From NCBI GenBank assembly GCA_905178155.1, contig CAJINV010000002.1:3362515-3426514 (forward strand): a stretch of DNA of 64,000 nucleotides. Direction: 5' to 3'. The notes beneath the pieces are model-generated. The model did not search any database, was not told where the DNA came from, and worked only from the letters and a program-made list of their open reading frames with translations. A program made the translations under genes and the position numbers. This stretch comes from Amoebophrya sp. A120. Its lineage: Eukaryota; Protista; Dinoflagellata. Positions 1 to 12,100 of the stretch are shown one piece after another (position 1 is the stretch's first letter; every line of letters starts with the position of its first letter).

Positions 1-146
1 TGCAAAAGTATCGTATTCGTATTGCAATCATGCATTACAAATCCTTCTGTTAAGTCAAATCCGCATTACAAATTTTATTTCTCATCCTGAGGAAATTTGT
101 AATGCATTTATACGAGCAGTACGCTACGATACTTTTGCAATGCATA
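1..146. mobile_element. Introner, family G (5'-truncated)
   Basis: TGCAAAAGTATCGTA.. / ..GATACTTTTGCAATGCATA. Confidence 0.85.
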
Positions 147-3100
147 GGGATCCTCATTCAAGCACCTGCCCGGCGCACGATGACGTTTCTTGCGATCCGA
201 ATTCCTGCTCGGGGGCTAAGTGGCGATCTAAACTGAATTTTCCCGCCAACGGCCTATCTGCGTGCTACCCCAAATGCGGCACCGCCGCGAATCAGAATTG
301 CGGGAAGACTATCAAGTGTAAAAATGTCTGGGTCTGGAAAAGAAGTGCCAGGTTTGTCATGCATATTTTCCATGACCCATGATGTCTGTGATGCATGCCC
401 TAGCATCAGAGATTCTGCGAGGGCTCCCTGATGCTCGTCCCGCATGAGAAATTCCCTCTCCGCGTAGCAAAGAGTGCGTCTCTTTTGCTGTTCATGCAAT
501 ACAGATCTTATGTAGAGAGCAAAGGTAGCATCACAAGTTACAACCTTCCAGACCGAGACATATTTGCAATGCATAAAGACAAACGGCGTGCATTTCATTC
601 CCTCCTCGAATGAGAATGCGTACTGTAGTATCCTGAGCAAAAATGTCCCCACCCCAGAGTTGTCATGCAAATCTGCATGCGAAAAAAGTCTCTCATCCGG
701 AGCCCCATGAGAGCCATTTTGTAGTGGTGTTTCGGTATTTGTGATGCTAGAATCAGCATGACGCGCTAGATCTGTGATGCTTCGGAACTAGCTAAACAGG
801 ACTACACTACAAGGACAAATTTGTCGTGCGAAACAACCAAAGCTGGTTGATTTGTCTAGCCGATCTCCCATGCCCACTCTGGTGTGGGGACGTTTTTACA
901 CAGGATATGTAGTGGTCTTTCTGCCGCCCAAGAAAATGCACTTCTCCTGGATGGCAGCAGCTACCCGACGGCGGCCTGTCGCGAGAGCTGTTGCGCACAG
1001 GGCTGCAAGATACCAACCCTTGCGAACCTGAAAAAGATCAACCAGGGCCAGGCTTGGTCAGGATGGGCGCAGGAGCTGGGAACGAGCAAATTTGCGGTGA
1101 ACCCGAACGGAGCGAAAAAATCCATCAGCGGTGTCACTTGCAACGCTGGGCGGTGGGATATGGCGCTCTCAAACGTTACATTCTCAACTGTTGCATGAAT
1201 CTGTAATGCAAGAATGGCAAAAGCAAAAGGGGGAAGATTGCAAAAATTGCATTACAAATCCCGAGCAGATCATTTAGGTGCTGTTTAGCCCTTCGCAAAT
1301 TTGTCATGCGAAGCAGCTTGATCTTGTGGATGATGATGGTAGTTTTGCATGACAAATTCATGTAACGGTTGAGAGTGTAACGTTTGAGAGAGAGCTGATC
1401 CATATGGGAAGGCGCTGCGCCGACGTTTCGCTGTGAACAGGCGGGGGCCGCTATTGAAAGGAAAAATCCCCCCTCCCCATATCAAAAGGAAGTTTCTGAT
1501 GCTGGTTTTGTGTACACAAATCAGGTCTGTCTTGCAGTACAGGACTGCAAACCCATACCAAGCCTAAGCAGAAGGGTTTTGACGTAGGCGCGTAGCATGG
1601 CAAATGTGTCCTCTGTAGGCTCCATAGCATCACAAACCGCCTCCATAATGCGGCGAGGTCGCTGGATTGGCCTTCTTGCAATACACAGACGATTTGTGTC
1701 CACAAATCAGCATCAGAATTTCCAGAAGTATCCCTTTTTGATATGGGGAGGGGGGGTTTTTCCTTTTGATAGTCGCGTTGAAAGTGTTTGGTTGTGATAC
1801 GCAAATCTCCACAACGGACGCTGGGCTGACGGTGAAGTGTGCGGGAAGCGACTGCGAGTGGAAAGACCCCTGGCTGCCGCTGGACTGCAAGCAGGCCTGT
1901 GACAGCAACAGCGCATCAAATGGCTTCTGCGATAAGTGTATCAAATGCGTCGAATATGTCTGGGTCTGGAAGAAGGCAACATTGTGATGAGCATTTCACA
2001 ACAGCACATACAAATCTCTTATGCACAGGCTGCAAAAGTTGCCCACTTTTGTCACCAAAATGGGAGATTTGTCATGTGGATTCGGCATTGCCGAAGCTTC
2101 TCGAGTAAACCTGTGATGCTACAGCTTCCATGCCAGACCTTCTGCGTCATGCAAAAACAGCATGACGCTTCCAGACCCAGACATATTTGCATTTGATAAA
2201 GTGTCAAGTCAGCGGTTTGGCCCGGCAGGATCCGATGTTCGGAATATGCTGCCCCGTTGACCCGGGAGTTATCGTGAGAAAAAACTGTCTCAGTCTCAAT
2301 TTCTAATGCACAAGTTCCTTGAGACAGTTTTTTGTCATGCTCGACATGCAAGATTTTAACGAAGTTCTTCTTATGAATGTGTCTTTCGCTTGTGTCTGAT
2401 GCATCACAGGTTTTCTGTTTCGTGCTGAGCAATAGATTTGTTTTGCTGAGCAGGCTGCAAAGGATTGAGACTGAGACAGTTTTATTTTCTTGCGATAGGA
2501 GTACTCGCTTCATCAGGATCGCCAGAATGCAACTTGCTCACCGAGGCACAAGACGTATCGCAAGAAAAAAGTGTTACAGTTACACATTGTGTTGCAGACA
2601 TAGCAAGACAGACAATCTCTGTCATGCCGGATATGCATATTAGAAGCCCTGTTTCATACGTGTTTTCCCCTAGGATTTCTGCAACGCAAGTCTTCTCTCT
2701 CATGCAGGGAAATTTGTGTTGCTAAATTGACATCAAATGTGTAACTGTAACACTTTTTTCGTGTGATAATACGGCGCGGATTACATTCCGAGCGCGTACA
2801 AAAGTTGGCTGGCTGCTGGCAACAATTTCCAAGCAGCGACGCGGGTTTGCTATCCTGTGCAAAAGTATCGTACTCGTAGTAATTGCATTTATGCATTACA
2901 AATCTCTTGCTCAAGGTAAATCAGCATTACAAATTCAATTTGTAATGCTGGGGGAATTTGTAATGCAATTTATACCAGTACGACTACGATACTGTTGCAC
3001 AGGATATTTGCCACGCCGTGCCAACGTGCCTGTCGAAGTGCAACAACGCTGAGGGGATTTGTGCCGCGTGCGAGGACGTGCGCGGAAATGGGGAGAAGTG

Positions 3101-6100
3101 GGACACTGCGTGCTGTTTAAAAAACTCTGGTAGCAACACTGGCGCGTGCGCTCGGGCACGCTCCTTTCCGATCGCGGACCAGGCACCAAACAATGCGAAG
3201 TACTGGTACCACGAGTGCGTAACTTTGAACTTCGTGTCGTCCGGTAAAACGGTCCGGGATGTGGATGGCAACAATGTGGGCAACAAGAAGCTCACCCTGA
3301 AGTTGGAAAGTGGCGCTATGTACAATGGGCCGCTGGAGTGCTGGGGCGCTTGTGGTGGAAAGGGGTGGTGCGCGAACAAGTGCAAGATCACGGCCGGCCC
3401 CAATAAGGCGGATTACAAAGGCGCGTGTTGTTCGTGGTTGAAAAACTCGGCCGCTTGGCACGGCAGTGACCCGCTGGAGTGCCGCATTTTGTCCGCTTTG
3501 CAGGGACGCGACGAAAAAAGCTTTATCTCCAATGCGTACTGGAATTCCCCTTACGACTACCACGCCTGCGTGGCGGTGCCAAAATGGGTCGAGACCTATG
3601 AGTCCTGTCTGGGGTCGGGCAAGTGCACGGGGGCCGGCTTGTGCGACCACTGTCCCGACGATGGAGGCTTGACTGGGGCGTGCTGCAAGAAGGGGAACGA
3701 CTACGACTCGGATCACTACTGCAGCCACGTAAAGACGGGCGGTTCTACGCAAGTTCAGTACCCGGTTGCAGATGGAAAGCTCAAAAATGACGACTACGCA
3801 AAAGAGTTTCGCGCTTTCGAATGCGTTCTGGTGTCGACCACGACCACCACGACCACGACGCTTTGTCAGTGCAGCAACGGAGACGTGAAATCCACCCCGT
3901 GCGGCAAGCACCTGGCGCAGCACTGCAAGACCTGTGACGACGAGGGGACGAAGTTCAAACTCGAAACGAACTACCCAAGTGATGGTGAATCCTCCTGCCT
4001 ACCCATCTGTGGCTCCGTCGCGAACCAAGACTGCAGCACAGCACCGCTTGGCGGGAACGCCGCGTTTGCTTCTATCAGCCTGATTCCCTCCCCGGCCCTT
4101 CAGCTTTGCAGCAATGTGCCCAATGAGTTCGCCAACGGCTACCCAAAGGTCGCTTGTCAGAAGAGCTGCTGCCGGCAGGGCTGTCTGCGGCAGGCGCCGG
4201 CCGAGGCGAGCGAGCGACTAGGCTTCACGGCTGCTTCCGGCTCCTTCACATCGTGGAACGAAATTTTTGCGGAGCAGCTGCAGACGGAGATTGCACTGCC
4301 GATTGACAACGAGGTCGTGTTCGTGCAGCGCGGATCCAAGGTCGGAAACGTCGCCGGCTTTGTATGGCATTCTCAAACGTTACATGCTCAACTGTGACAT
4401 GATTTGTCATGCTCAACTGTGACATGAAAAAGTGCTGCGACTTTGCGCCGTACTCCGACGCGCCCAATCATGCATGTCATGATGCTGCTTTGTGATCCCA
4501 AAGTAGATTCTTAAAAACTTGCACGTGTAAGACTCAATTTTCCGACCATTAGTATAGTTAGGAGGCATGCGGAGCGGGACAGTGGGCAGTAGGAACAGGT
4601 ACAGAAACACCACCGAAAAAAGGAAGAGCAACATTGCACCTGTGTTGTTGCATCACTACAGTTGTTGACTCTCTTGCACAGCGAGGATGGAAACAACTCG
4701 GTGGTGTGACTCACCGCCTGCTGACCGTGTGAACAACTGTAGCATGTCGCGACGAGAAGGGACAAGCAGTCTGGAGCCGAAAGGCAAAGGGGTCAGATGG
4801 CACTTACGGAACACAAATACGATGCTGCGATGCTACAAGGACGACAAGCCTGGATCACCTCTTTCTCCGATCTGAAGTTGTCTATGTGATATTTCGCTGC
4901 GTTATTTTTGTGATTTGTATTTAAAAAAAAAAAAAAAAAATTTGTCATGCTAAATTAACATCAACGCGCAAAGTATGAAGCAGCTGCGCATGACAAATTT
5001 TTGAAGGGCTAAACAGTATTGAAATCTGTGCCGAATTTGTAATGCCAGAGGCGCAATCTACGCCCTTTGACTTTTGCCATTCTTGCATATACAAATTCAT
5101 GTTGTAACACTTGAGAATGTAGCGCTTGAGAGCGCCATACTTTGTCGTCGCGGATTGGAACACGTGCAGTTCGGCCGGAAATGTCATGCTATCAACGGCA
5201 AATATGTCTGCTGGGGCTGGAAGGATCCAACTTGTGATGCTGGCTTTGGATTCTAAAAAGATCTGTATTGCAAGACCAGCAAGAGAAATTCAGTTTGTCC
5301 TGTGTCTATGTAGAGAGGGCATTTCTCATGCGGAAAAGGCACCAGAAAGCCCTCTAAAAATCTGTGATGCTAGGTCATGCATTGCAGGCGTCATGGGTCA
5401 TGCAAAATATGCATGACAAACCGTTGTTAAGAAAGCACTTCGTCGTTAAAGAAAGAAAGTACTACGTGAAGAAGTTACGACGTAAGACATAAAATCGTAG
5501 ACAAGCATGTAAAAAGTAGAAGCAGATACTTCAACAGCCGCGCAGCTAGCGGGGGGGTGACTCCTGTGGTCCCCCCCCACCAGCTGTGCTTTTTCCAAAA
5601 CATCCAGGAAAACCGTGGCGAGGTTCTTTTTTTTTTTCCAGCAAGTGGCTGGTGGGGGCGTAATATAGGATAAGGAAGTATGTAGGTCGTGAATGTAGAA
5701 AAGACTAAGAAGAGCCGGGCTGGTAAGGTAGAAAACTGGAACTACTTAGATACATAAATGGGGTCGTAGTTGAGTATAGTACTTTTTGGCTGAGATAAAA
5801 AGAAAACATCATGAACGACGAACGCGGAATCGGAGACAACGCGGCAAAGCGGGGGCAGGGGCGCGGCCTGCCAGCGAGGACACGGCAAGGGAATCGGGAC
5901 AAACGGCCAGGGGCTCAAGACAAGTGCCAATGAGGGGAGCCGCGCGTACCGTTCGAGCTACAGGAGGACGAGGAGGACTTGGCCAAGTGGGATACGCGTG
6001 TGGGGCGGAGGGAAAGAACGGCTGCGAAGCGAGAACAAGTTGCTGGGGCAGGCGACAAGTTTAAATTTGGTACAAAAAAAAACAGCACTCAGATACCCGC

Positions 6101-9100
6101 GCCATCTGCTTAACTGTGTGAAATATTGTGTCGGCCCGGTCCTGCTTGGTCGCAGGCCGGTGTTCGTGAGATCAGATTTCACATGTTAAGTAACGCACAC
6201 CGGCTCCTAGCTTAAAAAAATGATGAATTTACATGAAAATGGGGCCTAATCAAAAAAAAAAAAAAAATATGCATGACAAACCTGACAATCTTCCAGACAT
6301 CCAGGGTGCATATTTGCATTTGATACCTCCTTGCCGTCAGCAAAGAAACCGGCGAGTTCCCCATGCGGTGCTGTGGAGACGAGGGGGATCCGCCGAGTGG
6401 GGCGTTTCCATACAAGGACGACGCCATCGGGAACGCGGCTGACGGTACGCGCGTGGATTGCCGAACCAGCCCGGACGACCGGTGCTCCGCCAGTGGCAGT
6501 GGCCGACTCAGCTACGCGGCGGCGGTCGCGAAGTGTGCGGAGACGAACCGCAGATTGTGCACGAGTCAGGAACTGCTGACCGTGTTGAATGGCCAAGCGA
6601 CGAAGACCCTGTGCTCCGGCACCGGCGGAAACTGCGACAACGCCTGCATTTGGACCAGCACGGTGCCCTACACGTACCCGGTGTCTAATAACCTAAGAAA
6701 CAATATGGGATTCTCAAACGTTACATTCTCAACTGTTACATGGATTTGTCATGCAAAACTACCTTAAGCCGCCAGATGCTCAAGCTGCTTCGCATGACAA
6801 ATCTGCGAGGGGCTAGACAGCACCTAAATCTGTGCGGAACTTGTAATGCAAAAGGCGCAAACTTCGCCCTTTCACTTTTGCCGTTCTTGCATTACAAGTT
6901 CATGTAACAGTTGAGAGTGTAACGTTTGAGAACGCCATAAACAACGGCTTTGCCGTTGATTCCGTCACGTGCAAGGAAGGCTACTACACGGGCGCCAGTC
7001 CGCGATTTTTTTGCGACGCCCCTGGAAAGCGATTGCGCATGACGGGGTGCGACGATGTGGTCAAGCATTGTGTGGGCCAGTGGGATTTCACCGACGAACA
7101 GCTGGCCGAGCAATGCATCGGAGCGGGGGAAACGAGGACCCGCGAGTACGACGTTTCACAAGCCGCGGAGAACGGCGGAGACCCTTGCTCTGCCGCCGAC
7201 GGCGACAAAGTTACCTACCAGTGCCCGCTGTACCAGTGCAAGTGCACGTTTGGCGAGGCAGAAACCGGCCCGCGCTGCGTTACGCAGAATGACGGGACGC
7301 AGACGGTCGGCTGTGATGTGCAACCAGGGGCGGCGGGGTGCAATGCGGGGTACCATCCGGTCGAGAAAACGACTCAGGACCAGGCCACGTATCATGTCTG
7401 CGAGGTAAACAAGTGCAATTGCCCTTCCGGGAACCCCGCCGCGACTGGGGTGGAGTGCGCAGCAGACGGAAGCACGACATTGTGCACAGATTGCACGGAG
7501 CCTGGCTATCACATGATCGAGGACGGGCAGAACAAGGAATGCACGCTGATGGAGTGCACGTGTGAGCACGGCGAGCCAGATGTATGGAGTTCTCAAATGT
7601 TACATTCTCAACTGTTACATGAATTTGTAATGCAGGAATAGCACAGGTGGAAGGGAGAACCTTGCGCGTCTTGCATTACAGATTTAGTGCAGATTCTAGT
7701 GCTATTTAGCCCTCCGGGAATTTGTCATGCGAAGTAGCTTCATTGTCTGGTGGCTCATGGTCATTTTGCATGACAAATCCATGTTTGTAACAGTTGAGAA
7801 TGTAAAATTTGAGAACGCCATAAGATGTTGGTGCAGCTTGTGATCCTCATCTCACTGTGGAAAAGTGTGTACGCTGCACCGCGGATGGTTATCATCTCGA
7901 CCTGGGCGGCACAAACGTTTGCGTGGAAAATGAGTGTCTCTGCGACAACGGAACCGGCGCGAAGGGAGCGCCGGCTTGTATGGACCATGGCGCTGAGGTG
8001 TGTGCCGTGTGTGTCCACGCGGGGTTTCGGCTGGAAAACCAACGCTGTCTGGAGAATGTTTGCCGCTGCAACCACGGAACCGAAGCCACGGGGGCCGATT
8101 GCACGGAGCACCACGGCGAAATTTGCAAAGAGTGCACTCACCCGGGGTTCAGTCTCGATGTACTTACGAAAACGTGCGTGCAAAACATCTGCACCTGCGC
8201 GCACGGGATTGCAGCGACGGAGGAGAGGTGCACGGCGAACAACACGAACATCTGCACAGCGTGCACCGAAGCAGGCTACAAGCTCAACGACGCGACCGAA
8301 AGTTGTGTGCAAAACATCTGCACTTGCGCAAACGGTACCGCGGCGACTGGAGCCAATTGCACGGAAGACGGCGCCAACATTTGCAGCGCGTGTAGCAGTG
8401 ACACAGGGTTCAGTCTAGACGAAGGTGCCAAAACTTGCGTCCAGAACGTCTGTACTTGCGCGAACGGCACCGCCGCGACGGGCGGGGATTGCAAAGCGAA
8501 CAACACGAACACATGTGCGGATTGTGCGGATTATATCGGGTTCAGTTTAGACGAAGTTACGAAATCTTGCGTCCAGAACATCTGCACATGTGCGAATGGA
8601 ACTCCAGCCACGGGCGAAGACTGCACCAGAAACGGCACGAACATTTGCACAGGATGTGAAGCGGAGCAAGGGTTCAGTTTGGACGAAAATTCGGCTTTTT
8701 GCGTACAAAATGTCTGTACCTGTGTCAATGGCACCGCAGCGACGGGCGGGAATTGCACCTCGAACAACACAGAAGTTTGCGAATCGTGTTTGAATGAAGA
8801 TGAGTTTAAACTGACGGAGGACAAGCACTGCATCTGGGTCGATCTCCTTGCGGGCTTGGCGCCCAGTAAATACGATGAAGTGAATTTCTTTGACGAAAAT
8901 GATCTATCGGAAGAGGAGAAATTAGAAGATGGAGACTCGACAGCGAAGTCGTATCAAGTGCAAAAATGTCTGGGTCTGGAAGAGTCATGCTGTTTTTGCA
9001 TGACACAGAAGGTCTGGCGTGGAAGCTCTAGCATCATAGGTTTCGAGAAGCTTCCGCCATGCCGAATCCGCATGACAAATTCCCCACTTTGGTGACACAA

Positions 9101-12100
9101 AGTGGGCAGCTTTTGCTACCTACGCATGAGAGATTTTTCTGTGTTTTGAAATGCGCATCACAAGTTTGTACTCTTCCAGACCCAGACACTTTTGCATATG
9201 CATAAGTCGCCGGATGACTCTGAAACCATGGAGGAGCCCGCGGGTCCTTTGACTGGCGAAGGGCTGGGCGTGATCATTGCCGTGGGTGCGATTCTGTTGC
9301 TGGTTTTCCTCATTCTGCTGATTTACTACTTCGGTTTCCACGACGCGGATGGTGGGAGAAACGCGCAGGAGGACGGGCCGCTGCGCGGAAACACGTCGGC
9401 CGCGTCGGTGTTGCAGCGGACGAGCGGAAATTTTGGCGAGCGCGAGGGCGACTTGAAGTTTGAGTACCACCACGTGAACCGGGCCTTGATCGAGGCGGGC
9501 CTGTCTGCGTTGTACGCCAGCAGGATGGCGCAGCAAATCTGCGACATGAATTCGCAAGACGACGAGGATCTGGTCTATCCGACGGAAGAGCACGACAAGG
9601 CAATTCTGCAGCCTTTAGGGCTAGAATTCGACGAAAACGATCCGGACAAACTGGGCCGCATGCGGGAATTTCTGCAGAACGTGGCCAAGGAGCAGCGGAA
9701 GCTGTTTCAGCCGCTCCCGAAAACAAGCCCCGAGGAAAGGGAGCGCAGAACGGCAGAATTCGAGTACAAGGAGGTGAATCGGTCTTTGGTCGACGCGGGC
9801 CTCTCCGCCCTCTACGCGAGCCGGATGGCCCAACAGGTTTGCGACGCGAGTGCAGCCGACGACATGGATTTGGTCTATCCAACCGACGCGCACGACCGGG
9901 AGTTGATCGCGCCCGTGTTCGGAATAGACGCCGAACTGGGTGACTTCAAGGTTATCCCGTGCAAAAGTATCGTATTCGTAGTAATCGCAATCATGCAAGA
10001 CAAATCTTCTGCCCAAGCAAAATCAGCATGGCAAATTCCACCATGTGTCGCGCTGAGCAAATTTGTATTGCAATTACTAAATAACTACGTACAAGTACGA
10101 TAGAAGTTTTGCAAAGCATAGAAGTTGGTCTCGGACAAATGCGGCGATTCTTGGAGAACCAGAACGTCGGGGTTAAGACCACATCACGCCCCTCCAAACA
10201 AGCAGCTGCTGCTCGGCCTAGCAAGAAGGGCCTCTTCCGGCCCTCGATGGCTGGCGCGGGGGTTGAAAGACCTTCCACGGCGAACAAAGCAAGCAAGGCC
10301 AGCGTCGCGCGGGTGTCGGGTGCCCCCGGGTTGGGAGGTGGACCAGCGCGGACCTTATGACGTTCTCAACTGTTACATTCTCAACTGTTACATGATTTGT
10401 CATGCAAAATTGCCATATTAAGCCGTCACACGATCAAGGCGTTTCGCGTGACAAATTATCGAAGGGCTAGACAGCGCCTAAATCTGTTCCAAATTTGTAA
10501 TGCAAAGCGCGCAATCTTCCCGCGTTCACTTTTGCTGTGCTTGCATGACAAATTCATGTAACAGTTGAGAATGTAATATTTGAGAACTCCATACACCTCG
10601 GCCGCTGCCTCCAGCAGCGGGTACGTGGGCGTTTCCGGCCTGTCAGGACTGGGAGCATATCGTGAGAAAAAAGTGTTACAGTTACACATTCTACTCATGC
10701 AAGACAAGCAAGACAGACAACCTCTGTCATGCAGGAAACGCGTGCCAGCCTCATTACATTCGTGTTTTCCCTTATAGTCTGCGCATTACAACTCTTTGTC
10801 ATGCAGAGCAAATCTGTGATGCTGAAATTCCAACAAATGTGTAACTGTAACACTTTTTCCTTGGATAGAGCAGGCAGCACCGTTAGTACGGCTTCGGAAG
10901 AGGATGAAGAGGGTCCTCTTCAAGGGCACGGACGGGAAGCAGTGGTAGTCTGCACGGTAGAGGAGATATGAGAGTGCACAACTACTCCCCCTTTTCCTCA
11001 TTTGTATGGCTTGAACAGCAATACAAACACATGCACACTTGGGGCCTGTGCATGACAAATTTATCATTTTGTGCGACCTTATGTAGTACTGTTTGGACAC
11101 TTTCGGAATTTGTCATGCATAATAGTGACGCAAGGGAGCAAGTGGAATTGTGGATTTTGCATGAGAAATGAGAACGAGAGGGAGTTGTGCACTGTCATAA
11201 AAGACCGCCGCGAAGCTGGAACACGAGCAAGGATTTTCGCCGCGGGCGGCGGTGTGCTTGGCAGAAAAACTGGTGGCGAGAGCCCGCGACGCCGTGGCCA
11301 TCATCGAGCGCGAGTTGCAGGAAGAGCAAGCTGGGCTGCAGGTGTCCGGTCTCACTCTGCCAGACGGTCTTCGTGGCAAGTATTCGCAGGCGGGAAACGC
11401 TTCCACCGTCGAGAGTGGTGCGCGGCCGGTGGGCACCAAGGCAAGTGCCGGCTCCGGCGGGACGACAGGGAGTGCCGGGTCGTCCGCCGCAAAATATCAA
11501 ATGCAAATATCCCTGGACGTCTGGAAGATTGCGAGATTTGTCATTGTCATGCTAGTCTGGCATGACTCTGACCTCTGTATTGCGTGGCCACAATCAACAT
11601 CCTCTCTCGCCTGTCATGCAAAAACGCAGTTTCTCATGCGGAATAAGCAGCAAGCACGAAAAAACTTGTCATGCTTGGCGGCGCATTACAGTGCACTTAT
11701 TATCGACTGACTTGCATCACAACGTCCCAGACCCAGACATGTTTGCAATGCATACAATGATGTACGAGCGCGTGGCGCAGTATGTGGCCGACATTTCTTT
11801 GGCCGACCTACAGGATGAAGCAGGAGGTGCGGGTATCCTGAGGAAAAACGTCCCCACCCCAGAGTTGTCATGCAAATCTGCATGCCGAAGATGTTTCTCA
11901 TGTGGAGCTCCATGAGAAGCAGTTTCCAGACGTGTTTTGGAATTTGTCATGCTCCAATCAGCATGATATAGTAGATCTGTGATGCTGCTGAGCTAGCTCA
12001 AACAGCACTACAATACGAGTCCAAATTTGTCATGCAAAACAGCCAAAGTTTGTGGATTTGTCTAGCCGAGTCCCCATCTTGACTATGGGGTGGGGACGTT

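Noticed and set aside
310-3006. CRISPR-like alternation of repeats and unique spacers
   Set aside because: The repeats are 150-360 bp heterogeneous TIR elements and the spacers are in-frame exons. No cas genes are present.
4414-6267. Dinoflagellate spliced-leader relics marking retrogenes
   Set aside because: I did not find CCGTAGCCATTTTGGCTCAAG or a clear relic at the inserts or gene starts by eye.
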